From NCBI GenBank assembly GCA_021734805.1, contig JAIPIG010000005.1, positions 29-64,028 of the forward strand: 64,000 nt of DNA, in the 5' to 3' direction. This stretch comes from Simkaniaceae bacterium. GTDB lineage: Bacteria > Chlamydiota > Chlamydiia > Chlamydiales > JACRBE01. A model generated the notes under the pieces. It searched no databases, was not told the origin of the DNA, and saw only the letters and a program-made list of their open reading frames with translations. The translations under genes and the position numbers were made by a program. Each line of letters begins with the position of its first letter. The first letter of the stretch is position 1. Below are positions 27,262 to 36,063 of the stretch, piece by piece.

Positions 27262-28926
27262 TTAATGCGGCTCACCTTCGCCTCCGCTATAGTCTGTTGA
27301 TTTGCGGTGAAAAAGGGTCTGGTGTTTGGGTAATAGTTCAGGTCTTCGTATATTGACTTCAAATGCGAGCTTGCTCCCTTGGAATGCGGCAGCAAGATCA
27401 CTTAAGTTTGCATTAAACATGTTAACGGCTTGCTCAGATCCTTGCAATAGGAGATTGAAACTATGAGGTGCAATGTCATAGTGATCAATAACAATCTTAG
27501 CTCCATTAAAGACTGAATTCGGCATATTGAGCGTTACGGTGGTCGTGGAAACCCCTTTCCCCATTTCAATGGTTAGCACTCCTACCATCCGCTCAAAAAG
27601 GTCAAATACTTGAGGATTTAAATGGGAATAAGCGGGGGCTTCAATGGGCATTGGAGTTGTCGTGGGAGAAATAGCTTGGATGGTTTGTGGCATATCTTGT
27701 TGCTGATCTTCCCGCTCTTCTTTATCGCGTGACAAATGCGTTTCGAGTTTGCCCTCTTTAGAAAAAATTACGGGGGTTTCCGGTTGTGAAATAATCCGTT
27801 TTTTAGAAAGAGGCTGTGCTTTCTCTGCTGCAATATCTAGGGCTCCTTCTGCCGCCGGAGCTATTGGTGGCTGCGCCGTGAGTTTCGCAGCGGCAGCTGC
27901 AGCAGCTTCATCAACGGCCCCTTCCGTAGGCGTTGTTGACGTCTTTTCAGCTTTCACTTCATAGGGGGGCTTTTGCTGCTCTTTTTCTTTAAATGGAAGG
28001 GTTATTTTGGATGGTTCCTCAGCAGGATGTGGCATTTTTTCTTCATGAAAAGATTTTTCCTTAGATAGCTCGTGTTCTTCAGCTATTTGAGGCACTGAGC
28101 TCTTTTCAGTGTCTGCATGAAAAGGGGCTTTCGTCTCTTTGATCGCTGTAGGCTGTTTTGGAAAGGGGGGCGCTTCGGAGCGTAGTTTTCCTTGGGGGAT
28201 TTCCCCTTTACCTTTTTCGAGGTGCGGGTGTTTCGTTTCGGCTTCTAATTTCAGGGGTTCAATTTTCTCCCCTTTTTCTAACTCTTTTTTATTCTTTATC
28301 CCTTGAGGTTTAATCACAGGGTGTGAAGAGGACTCTTTCCCTTGATTGAAAGATTGCTGTTTAGATTCGGGCATCCCTTCGGGCGTAAAAGAGAGCTTAG
28401 GTCCGGGAGATTCCTCCGTTTCTTCAGGGGCTTGTGGCAAGGCTCCTGCCTTTATCGGGGCCGGCGGAATATAGGGGGATTGAGGCTCTTCGCTGTACTC
28501 CGGAGGGGCTTCAGGTAAGTTCTCAAAGAGGGCGTCCCCGAGTTCTTCTCCCCCCTTTCCTCCGGGGAAATGAGAAGAAGGTGCCTTAGGGAGATTATAA
28601 CTTTGGGTTCCTTCCGGTGCTGATGAAGGGGCTCTTTTTATTCCTCCGGTAGGCTTTTGGACATTGAGGTCACTATCAGATCGCTGATCGGACATGTAGG
28701 AGGAGAACGCTCGAGCAGGAGCTGTTCCGTCTTCGACATCTTTTTTATCCTCTTCTTCCTCGAGTTTTTCCTCTGCGGGAGCCCGTTTTTTCTTCTTTGG
28801 TGCTTCATCGGCCTCTTCTACTTTTGTAAGTTTGCGAAACTTTTCGGGATCGATCTCGGACTCGCGAGATTCTTCAGAAGGGAGGCGCTGACCTTGATAG
28901 TCCGGAATACGATTGGGATCGGCCAT
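27262..28926 (-). CDS. sctP: SctP/CdsP-like needle-length / substrate-switch protein candidate
   Basis: Long Pro/Glu/Lys-rich low-complexity centre plus a C-terminal FliK/YscP-type (T3S4-like) block. Lies between sctO and sctQ. I prefer ATG 28926 (SD GAGGA) over the ORF-track start at 28989. Confidence 0.6.
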   Translation of the reverse strand: MADPNRIPDYQGQRLPSEESRESEIDPEKFRKLTKVEEADEAPKKKKRAPAEEKLEEEEDKKDVEDGTAPARAFSSYMSDQRSDSDLNVQKPTGGIKRAPSSAPEGTQSYNLPKAPSSHFPGGKGGEELGDALFENLPEAPPEYSEEPQSPYIPPAPIKAGALPQAPEETEESPGPKLSFTPEGMPESKQQSFNQGKESSSHPVIKPQGIKNKKELEKGEKIEPLKLEAETKHPHLEKGKGEIPQGKLRSEAPPFPKQPTAIKETKAPFHADTEKSSVPQIAEEHELSKEKSFHEEKMPHPAEEPSKITLPFKEKEQQKPPYEVKAEKTSTTPTEGAVDEAAAAAAAKLTAQPPIAPAAEGALDIAAEKAQPLSKKRIISQPETPVIFSKEGKLETHLSRDKEEREDQQQDMPQTIQAISPTTTPMPIEAPAYSHLNPQVFDLFERMVGVLTIEMGKGVSTTTVTLNMPNSVFNGAKIVIDHYDIAPHSFNLLLQGSEQAVNMFNANLSDLAAAFQGSKLAFEVNIRRPELLPKHQTLFHRKSTDYSGGEGEPH

Positions 28927-29301
28927 CTTATTTGTCCTCGATCGGTATATAACTTTCGTGTACCAGAGAAGGGGCTTTTTTGGGATCAAAAACTCATTTT
29001 CGGTGGAAAAGGGATAAAAATTTTTCTTGATCGGGATTAGAAAGCTCTTGGAAAATGACGCGATTGCGTCTATAAGTCCAAGGATTGGGGTTTAGAAAAA
29101 GAGCGAGGTAGATTTTGGGGAGCCATTCAAAAATTTTATGTCGAACCGCAGCTTGGCTTGGATATTTTGCTTGAGAGTCCCCTATAAGGGAAACGCGTTG
29201 TAAAGACATAAAAAAACCCCCATTCTTGGAAGAGGATTATATAGGGTTTCCCCATTTATGTTAAGGGATAGAATTCTGTCCCTTAACATATTAATAATGA
29301 A

Positions 29302-29643
29302 TTAGTTCTCTATCTCTTCCGATTCAACGGAGTAACGGGGAGAAGGAGGTTTGGTTTCATTGATCGAAATATTGCAAGATCCGTGATTAATATTTCCACT
29401 TTTAATCAGAGAGATCAAGGCTTCAAGTTGAGATAAAGTGGCTTCTGACCATTTTTGATAATTATCGGAGTGGGTCCAATTTTTTGGCATCACTTCCCTA
29501 AACGCCTCGAGTTCATCACTTGCAGGGCATTTTATTTCTAAATCATATTTTAGAGTAAAAGGGACTTCGCTTTCTTCATCGGCCATCAAACTTGAGGCAA
29601 ATACAAGGCTTGCTAAAACAAAAGAACTAATATATTTTTTCAT
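29302..29643 (-). CDS. small secreted protein (signal peptide), function unknown
   Basis: MKKYISSFVLASLVFASSLMADEE signal sequence. 113 aa, bounded by AT-rich spacers inside the T3SS operon. Confidence 0.6.
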   Translation of the reverse strand: MKKYISSFVLASLVFASSLMADEESEVPFTLKYDLEIKCPASDELEAFREVMPKNWTHSDNYQKWSEATLSQLEALISLIKSGNINHGSCNISINETKPPSPRYSVESEEIEN

Positions 29644-29712
29644 ATATAAACCTAATGATGTAATATGGTTTTAACTCGAGTTTAACACTCTAAGATATCA
29701 AAATCAAAAAAG

Positions 29713-30228
29713 TCAATCTTCTTTCTTGTTCTTTGAAAAGGGGTGTTTGTCTTTTTTTCGAGCAAAGATTGCAGAGCCAAGCTCATCACTTTCGATGTTT
29801 TCTTTGCGCAGAACCTCTTTAGAGAATTCTTTTTTCCACTCTTGCTTGTGAATCGTCAATTTTTCCACATCGATTTGACGTTTGAGAACGTCTTGTTTTG
29901 CCGCTTCTACAGCCATTTCAGCTGCTTTTACTTTTTTTAACTGATCCTGTACTTTTTTTTCACGCGCCATTAATTTTTCTTCGACGACTTGCAGGTATTT
30001 TTGTGCTTGTTCAATGCGATTACTCGTTGTTCCCTGATCGAGTTCGCTGTAGAGCTGATTGAGTTTGTCATTGTAGTGTTTTTTGACTTCATCCCGCTTT
30101 TTTTCGAGAGTCTCCAGCATTTTTTTCTCGTCTTCTAGCAGCCGGCGCTTTTCTAAAAGCGTTTTCTCTGCCTCTTCCAGGCGTTTTTGCTTAATACGAG
30201 CCAGTTGTTCAAGGGGATATTTTTCCAT
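29713..30228 (-). CDS. sctO: T3SS stalk protein SctO/CdsO (YscO/FliJ-like coiled coil)
   Basis: 171-aa K/E-rich coiled coil immediately downstream of sctN, the usual position for sctO. Confidence 0.65.
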   Translation of the reverse strand: MEKYPLEQLARIKQKRLEEAEKTLLEKRRLLEDEKKMLETLEKKRDEVKKHYNDKLNQLYSELDQGTTSNRIEQAQKYLQVVEEKLMAREKKVQDQLKKVKAAEMAVEAAKQDVLKRQIDVEKLTIHKQEWKKEFSKEVLRKENIESDELGSAIFARKKDKHPFSKNKKED

Positions 30229-30248
30229 ACGACTCTGTTTTTGGTGTC

Positions 30249-31565
30249 TTATCTAAAAAGAAGGCGAAGTTGTTGAATACTCTCTTCAAGACTGCACTTC
30301 TCATCGACTTTTTGTTTTAAATAGCGATTGACCCTATCAATGTATTTAATGGCAAAGTCGGCCGCTTTATCCGATCCCGGCTTATATTCCCCGATGCGTA
30401 TGAGTAGTTCGTTTTTCTTGTAATTGGCAAGAACCTCGCGCACCTGCCCCATTAGCTCGAGATGTTCTTTTGTTGTAATATGGCTAACAATCCTGCTAAC
30501 GGAGGCGAGCACATCAACAGCGGGATAGTGATATTGACGCGCAAGTTCACTTGAAAGGATAATATGACCGTCTAAAATGGAGCGCACTTCATCGGCAACA
30601 GGTTCATTCATATCATCTCCGGCGACGAGGATGGTATAAAAGGCGGTAATGCTCCCCTTATTTGAATTCCCGGAACGCTCAAGCAGTTTTGGAAGGGTTG
30701 CAAAAACAGAGGGGGTGTATCCTGCGCGGGCGGGGGGTTCGCCTGCAGCGAGGCCAATTTCTCTTAAGGCCCTTGCATAACGAGTGACGGAATCCATCAT
30801 AAGAATCACTCGTTTTCCCTTGTCTCTAAAGTATTCGGCAATGGCCGTTCCAACATAGGCCGCATTGAGCCGGAGTTGCGCTGCTTGATCTGATGTTGAA
30901 ACGACGATAACGGAACGACTTAGCCCCTCAGGCCCTAAATCATTTTCGATAAATTCTCTCACTTCCCGTCCCCGCTCTCCAATGAGGGAAATGACGTTGA
31001 CATCAGCTCGGGCATAGCGGGCAATCATTCCGAGTAGAGTCGACTTTCCGCCGCCTGCAGCTGCAAAAATACCGACGCGCTGACCCACTCCCGTTGTAAT
31101 CACTCCATCGATACAGCGCACTCCCGTTGAGAGGGGCTCATCGATTTTTTTTCTCATGAGCGGGTCGGGGGGCTCATTGAGAACAGGATAGGTGTCCTCA
31201 GTCTGAATCGGTCCTTTTTCATCTTCATCCAGGGGATTGCCCATGCCATCTAAAATGCGACCGAGCAGTCCGTCCCCAACACGAATATGTAGAGGGAGGT
31301 GCATGGGAATGACTTCAGAAGAGGGGCCGATGCCGGTCATTTCTCCAAGGGGAGAGAGGTAAACTTCTTCCTTTGTAAATCCAACGACTTCTGCAAGAAG
31401 AGGATCTCCTTCTCGTTTAATCATGCAAATTTCCCCAATTTTGACATTGGGAACAATGGCTCGAATGAGCATGCCGACAATTTCCGTAATTCTCCCATGC
31501 AACGTCGTGAGCTCGAGGTCATCTAAGTGGTCGATTAATTTATCAAAGTCATGTTCTTTTGTCAT
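30249..31565 (-). CDS. sctN: T3SS ATPase SctN/CdsN
   Basis: Walker A GIFAAAGGGKSTLLGMI, Walker B RVILMMDSVTRYA and the PPARAGYTPSVF motif. Confidence 0.95.
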   Translation of the reverse strand: MTKEHDFDKLIDHLDDLELTTLHGRITEIVGMLIRAIVPNVKIGEICMIKREGDPLLAEVVGFTKEEVYLSPLGEMTGIGPSSEVIPMHLPLHIRVGDGLLGRILDGMGNPLDEDEKGPIQTEDTYPVLNEPPDPLMRKKIDEPLSTGVRCIDGVITTGVGQRVGIFAAAGGGKSTLLGMIARYARADVNVISLIGERGREVREFIENDLGPEGLSRSVIVVSTSDQAAQLRLNAAYVGTAIAEYFRDKGKRVILMMDSVTRYARALREIGLAAGEPPARAGYTPSVFATLPKLLERSGNSNKGSITAFYTILVAGDDMNEPVADEVRSILDGHIILSSELARQYHYPAVDVLASVSRIVSHITTKEHLELMGQVREVLANYKKNELLIRIGEYKPGSDKAADFAIKYIDRVNRYLKQKVDEKCSLEESIQQLRLLFR

Positions 31566-31593
31566 AGTGGATCAAAAAATGAAAATTACAATG

Positions 31594-32244
31594 CTATATT
31601 TGTGTGTTGAATAGCATTTTGATATCGCTAATTGCGTTGCTTAAGATGGTCGAAGAGTATTCGATTTCTTGTTGGGCACGGGCGAGTTTTACTTGAACCA
31701 TCAGGAGTTCTGCAGGCCTTAAGGAGGATCCACCTTTACTGATTTGTGCAATATGATTTTGTGCTGCGCTGAGTTGTTTTGTACCGTCCGATAAAAGAGC
31801 TAAAAACTTCATAATCGGATTATTGCGTCCGATATTATCTACCGATTCGCCGACATCCACGCCCGCTTTTGTTGCCGCATCTCGAATTTTAGAGTTGACG
31901 TCAGTGAGTTTGTTGCGCAAAAGATATTTAGCGGAAGGCTTTAATTTTAGGTTGGGAGTATTGAGTTGTTGTTGCAAATCACCTAGAGAAGAACTAACGG
32001 CACTCATTTGAGAATGGACCGATTCCATTGTGGGCGTTGCAGTGGGCTGGTAGGGGCCTTTAGCTAAATCCATGGGGCTCGGCGCTTCTGTGCCGGGGGC
32101 GGGCGCAGCCGTTGCTTGGGAAGGCTCTTTTTCCTGCATGTATTCGCCAAAAGGCTTAGGCGATCCTTCCGTGGAGGATTCAATCGCTTCAGTTGCTTTT
32201 GCCGGTTCAATGCTGCCCGGACTTTTAGGTAATTCAGAACTCAT
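31594..32244 (-). CDS. T3SS-operon protein (CT668-position); C-terminus resembles inner-rod SctI
   Basis: The N-terminal half is Pro/Ala/Thr-rich. The C-terminus PAELLMVQVKLARAQQEIEYSSTILSNAISDIKMLF resembles remembered YscI (PNDLMLMQWSL...) and PrgJ (PKELAISQEMI...). Confidence 0.5.
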   Translation of the reverse strand: MSSELPKSPGSIEPAKATEAIESSTEGSPKPFGEYMQEKEPSQATAAPAPGTEAPSPMDLAKGPYQPTATPTMESVHSQMSAVSSSLGDLQQQLNTPNLKLKPSAKYLLRNKLTDVNSKIRDAATKAGVDVGESVDNIGRNNPIMKFLALLSDGTKQLSAAQNHIAQISKGGSSLRPAELLMVQVKLARAQQEIEYSSTILSNAISDIKMLFNTQI

Positions 32245-32263
32245 AAGTGAACACAGTCTATAG

Positions 32264-32668
32264 TTATTTGCGTTTTTTTACAAATTGTTCAACAAAATCC
32301 AGCGCATCTTTGGATAGTTTTTTGACTTCAGAGGTGCTTGAATGGGTTAATTCCTCTAAAATTTGCTCGCCTTGAGCTCCTTTTGATGGGGACATGCTCA
32401 TTGTAATCCCAAGCATCGTCTTTGCCATTTCATTGCTAGGATCAATGTCGAGCACTTTTTTAAAGTGGGCTTCAGCTTTAGTGAGCTCCAATTTGCACAT
32501 ATGCAAATAGCCTAAACCCACTACATTTAGGACAGACTCCGGTTTGAGTAGATGAGAGGCTTCAAAAAGCTTTAGAGCTGAAGTTTCATCTGCGTGATTG
32601 ACGGCAATGAAGCCCGCTTCTAAGAAGAGGATAAATTCGTTTTTATATTGTTCCGTTAGTTTAGACAT
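32264..32668 (-). CDS. TPR-like needle-subunit co-chaperone (CdsG/YscG-like)
   Basis: 134 aa from ATG 32668. TPR-like helices (LGYLHMCKLELTKAEAHFKKVLDIDPSNEMA). Directly downstream of the needle gene. Confidence 0.6.
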   Translation of the reverse strand: MSKLTEQYKNEFILFLEAGFIAVNHADETSALKLFEASHLLKPESVLNVVGLGYLHMCKLELTKAEAHFKKVLDIDPSNEMAKTMLGITMSMSPSKGAQGEQILEELTHSSTSEVKKLSKDALDFVEQFVKKRK

Positions 32669-32698
32669 GGTGGTATGTACCTTGTTATCCAATTAAAA

Positions 32699-32941
32699 TT
32701 ACGAAGATTTTTGGTTCCTTACAGCGTTATTTATCATTGAGTTGACCTGAGATAAGAGGTTCGAAATCGAATCTCCCACCTGAGTCACTTGTGACATCAT
32801 AAATTGCAGGAGTAAAAACTTACCGGGGGTTGCCGAACTCATCGAGCTCGCGACCGTATGAATCATTGACGTGACGCTACTTTGAAGCTTGGCATATCCG
32901 TCAATTAAACTACCAAAACCAATTGATGCCCATACACCCAT
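32699..32941 (-). CDS. sctF: T3SS needle subunit SctF/CdsF
   Basis: 80-aa helical hairpin with the typical PGKFLLLQFMMSQVTQVGDSISNLLSQVNSMINNAVRN C-terminal half. Confidence 0.8.
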   Translation of the reverse strand: MGVWASIGFGSLIDGYAKLQSSVTSMIHTVASSMSSATPGKFLLLQFMMSQVTQVGDSISNLLSQVNSMINNAVRNQKSS

Positions 32942-32953
32942 AATGCTACCTCA

Positions 32954-33187
32954 TTAATCTTTATCAACGTTGTTAATTACTGTTTCAAGCGCTTCATATC
33001 CTTGCAGGAGAAGGCTGCATTGCTCAAATTCTTTAGTTTTAGTTCCTTCTCGGAGGATTGCTTTAAGTTCATGTTTGTGCCGAGCAATATCTTCAATCAT
33101 TTTTGCCCTTTTTTTAGGGTCTTTTCTCAGCTCTTTTTCAAGATCAAATTCGAATGGTTTTTTTTTCTTTTTTTCTAAACCAAACAT
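32954..33187 (-). CDS. small helical needle co-chaperone candidate (CdsE/YscE-like)
   Basis: 77 aa from ATG 33187 (SD GGGAG). Lies between sctD and sctF, as cdsE does. Confidence 0.5.
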   Translation of the reverse strand: MFGLEKKKKKPFEFDLEKELRKDPKKRAKMIEDIARHKHELKAILREGTKTKEFEQCSLLLQGYEALETVINNVDKD

Positions 33188-33230
33188 GTGAAGCTCCCAT
33201 TTAATAGACTTAAGATATCTTCCATAACAG

Positions 33231-35009
33231 TTATTGGAGATTGTAGTCAATTTTATATTTTATGCCTTCTTTTTCTAAAAAAATCGTATCGGGATTGATC
33301 ACTGTAATGATCATCCCATCTAAGGCATCGCCGATAGATAATATTTTTCCATTGATCAATACAAACCGGTTGGTATCCCCATAGCGGGAGGTTCCGGTTA
33401 CCTTAAATCGGTTGGAAACATCAATCCGAGAGGAAGATTGCGTTGTATAAATGACAAAACTCTTGATTTGGCGCACTCCGGAAAGGGCATTAATTCTAGA
33501 CATCAGTTGATTGAATTCCATTTCTCGCTTTGTATCCACTCGACCTGAAAAGACAAACTCTCCATTAGCCGATTGAAAGGTGACATTGAGAAAATCGTTT
33601 TCCGCTAAAAGAGAGGTGATGTTTGTCTCCAAATTGTTTTCAATCACGACATCATTTTTTAATCGATCGAGATAGGGGAAATTGCGGTTGAGAAAATCAT
33701 TCAATGCACCGAGTTGATCGAGCGTTTGTAAGTAGCCTTTAACAATAAATTGTCCCGGTTTCGATCCCGTAACGAGCACGGAACGCCATTCCGGGTTGCG
33801 AAAGAGAAGCGAGTTGATGTTTTCCCAGACGAGCTCGTCAATGATAACATTGTCATCTGTTGACTTGATATAAGTTTGTGATTTGAGAAGGTAGAGCATT
33901 TCTTGGTAGGCGACATCCGTGACGACATGACCAACTAAAAAAAGCTCTCCCGTATCCGGGTTGAAGGTGAACTGCACTCCGGGGAAATTGTGAAGGAGCT
34001 TTTTAAGTTCTCCCATTTCATCGCGTTTGGCAATCGTGACTGTCGATGTTTGAAATAGGGAAATCACTCCAATGACACCGGAGGCGACAAGGATTAAAAG
34101 AAGAAAGCCGATCATGAGATGGCGGAAAGGAATCAATGTTTCTTTCCAGTTGCGCTTTAAAATCAGTTCTTCTTCGAGATCATGAGCCTTTTCCTTAGCT
34201 TCTTTTCTTTCATCTTCGCTCAATTCATGGTCAATATAGCGGGAAACGGAGGGAGGGGAGTAGATCGTTTCTCGCGTCGCTTCGCGGTCGATGACAAGAA
34301 AGGCTGTTGTTCCCATCGCGACTAAGTCTTGAGATTTGAGCTCCGTAATACCTTCTGAAAGCGATCCGTTGATTAAGACGCCATTGCGACTGCCGAGATC
34401 TTCAATGCTAACGACCTCCTCTTCCGAACAGGTGAGTCGAGCATGCTGCCGGGACACACTCAAGTCCTGAAATAAGATGTCAGCCTGATTGGAGTCTTTT
34501 CCCAAAATATAAGATTCGCCTGCGCGGATCGTAAATTCAGCGCCCGCATTAGGACCTGCAGTCACTTTAATCATCCATCGCGATTGGATTTCAGTCGTAA
34601 AGCTAAGGCGTCCGAGAGAAAAGTCTTCTTCGGGCCGGATATCGTCAAAGAGATTGGCCGTTTGGGTTTCTTCCGTTGATTCCGATAGAGGGTTCAACGG
34701 CTGCTCAGGTAGAGAATGTGAGAAACGAAAGGTAGAGCTTCCGATCTGAATCATATCGTCTTCTTGCAGCTCTATGGGGTCAATGACATTTTCCCCATTG
34801 ACCATGACAGGATTAGTCGAACTGAGATTTTCAATGAAATAGTGGGCGTCTTGAAGGCGAATCAGGGCATGCTTGCGAGAAACCATGGGGTCTGCCAAGA
34901 CATGAAAACAGACGTCGGGATCGCGTCCTAAGATCCATTCCTCTTCTTCAACTAAGGGTAAGTTTGTGCCGGCTAGTATGCCTTCTTCTGCGATGAGAAA
35001 TGCTGCCAT
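33231..35009 (-). CDS. sctD: T3SS inner-membrane ring protein SctD/CdsD with two N-terminal FHA domains
   Basis: FHA1 ILGRDPDVCFHVLADPMVSRKHALI ... NLSSTNPVMVNG. FHA2 ILGKDSNQADILFQDLSVSRQHARL ... GSRNGVLING. One TM helix (LMIGFLLLILVASGVIGVISLF) followed by a periplasmic domain. Confidence 0.85.
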   Translation of the reverse strand: MAAFLIAEEGILAGTNLPLVEEEEWILGRDPDVCFHVLADPMVSRKHALIRLQDAHYFIENLSSTNPVMVNGENVIDPIELQEDDMIQIGSSTFRFSHSLPEQPLNPLSESTEETQTANLFDDIRPEEDFSLGRLSFTTEIQSRWMIKVTAGPNAGAEFTIRAGESYILGKDSNQADILFQDLSVSRQHARLTCSEEEVVSIEDLGSRNGVLINGSLSEGITELKSQDLVAMGTTAFLVIDREATRETIYSPPSVSRYIDHELSEDERKEAKEKAHDLEEELILKRNWKETLIPFRHLMIGFLLLILVASGVIGVISLFQTSTVTIAKRDEMGELKKLLHNFPGVQFTFNPDTGELFLVGHVVTDVAYQEMLYLLKSQTYIKSTDDNVIIDELVWENINSLLFRNPEWRSVLVTGSKPGQFIVKGYLQTLDQLGALNDFLNRNFPYLDRLKNDVVIENNLETNITSLLAENDFLNVTFQSANGEFVFSGRVDTKREMEFNQLMSRINALSGVRQIKSFVIYTTQSSSRIDVSNRFKVTGTSRYGDTNRFVLINGKILSIGDALDGMIITVINPDTIFLEKEGIKYKIDYNLQ

Positions 35010-35148
35010 TCAATCTGAATCTTCTTTGTATTGCGTTTATTCGGAAACTATCCCCGGATCAAATTTCTGTCGATTTTTCGGTCATAGTTTCTCTTTTTAG
35101 ATCACTAACATAACTAGCTCAAAAAAAACCATTTTTTTATTAGAGCAT

Positions 35149-35327
35149 GGCGTTGTTGCATAAATTCATTTTCACCTAACATGCTCATTATTAGTTTTTA
35201 CCACAGAGAGCACAGAGGCACCGGAATGCGCATTTTCTTGATTTTTTCTGTGTACTCTGTGCTCTCCGTGGTTGTTAAAGTCCTTATGGTCAATAACCTG
35301 ATAGTTTATCGAGTTATGCAATAAAGC
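35149..35327 (+). mobile_element. MITE-like family C, copy 1, with a 10-bp flanking duplication
   Basis: TIRs gcgttgttgcataa / ttatgcaataaagc. Internal inverted repeat ccacagagagcacagag ... ctctgtgctctccgtgg. Flanked by attagagcat at 35139-35148 and 35328-35337. Confidence 0.85.
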
Positions 35328-35436
35328 ATTAGAGCATCATCATTTTTCAATGTTATTAAAGAAATGTGAGTCCATACAAAATAGAGTAATTGGTTTTGGG
35401 TTTATTTTGAATACTTCTTCACAAGAAAATCTCTTT

Positions 35437-35611
35437 TATACCGAAATAAATTGAAGAATTGGTTTTTATCTTCGCCGGCATCTTCGATTTTTTACCCTTA
35501 ATTTTTTGACCTATCTTCAATAGGGTCAAAAAATTAAGCCGGCTAAAGCCTGATAAAAATTCGAAGCGCCATCAAAGCTAAAACCCCAATTCTTCAACTC
35601 ATTTCGGTATA
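35437..35611. repeat. MITE-like family A, intact copy
   Basis: About 26-bp TIRs tataccgaaataaattgaagaattgg / ccaattcttcaactcatttcggtata. This copy serves as the reference empty site for the nested insertion at 63.6 kb. Confidence 0.9.
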
Positions 35612-35622
35612 GCTCGCATTTC

Positions 35623-36045
35623 TCACAAAGTTGGAGATGAGCACAGCTTTGTTTTTTCAAGAATCTCTTCGATCCAATAATCGTAATAATTGAGGTATTC
35701 TTCTAATACGTCTTTAAACTCCGGATAGCTAATTTCATATTCAACCGGCATTGTTAAAGTGAGGGTTTGGGTGTCCGGTTTAAGGCCGAGTGTGCTCGAG
35801 CCCGTCCCTTGCCCCAGATAGTTGGCGTTCAATAGAAAGAGGAGGAGCGGCTCAGCATCATTTTCGGGAAGCACTCCGACGGAGCCATGCAATAAAAATC
35901 CCCTTTCGGTCATCAACAAATGAATGGAGCGATGATCTAGATCGAGCGAAAATATTTTAGCTCCCGGTTTTTCATATAAGTCTGCTAATCCATACTCGAT
36001 TGCGAATTTATTCAGATATTGTTCTATCACAACTTCGGTAATCAC
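35623..36045 (-). CDS. class I T3SS chaperone (CesT/SycE/Scc-like)
   Basis: 140 aa, acidic. Typical pattern ...LLLFLLNANYLGQGTGSSTLGLKPDTQTLTLTMPV... GTG start with SD AAGAGGTG. Transcribed divergently from the translocator locus. Confidence 0.65.
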   Translation of the reverse strand: MITEVVIEQYLNKFAIEYGLADLYEKPGAKIFSLDLDHRSIHLLMTERGFLLHGSVGVLPENDAEPLLLFLLNANYLGQGTGSSTLGLKPDTQTLTLTMPVEYEISYPEFKDVLEEYLNYYDYWIEEILEKTKLCSSPTL

Positions 36046-36063
36046 TTAAGTACACCTCTTTAT

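Noticed and set aside
28994-29209. 71-aa minus-strand ORF (MSLQRVSLIGDSQAKYPSQ...) in the spacer between the small secreted-protein gene and the SctP-like gene.
   Set aside because: No recognisable motif, an odd composition and only a G-run as a possible SD. It could be a real small basic protein, but I cannot support it from sequence alone.
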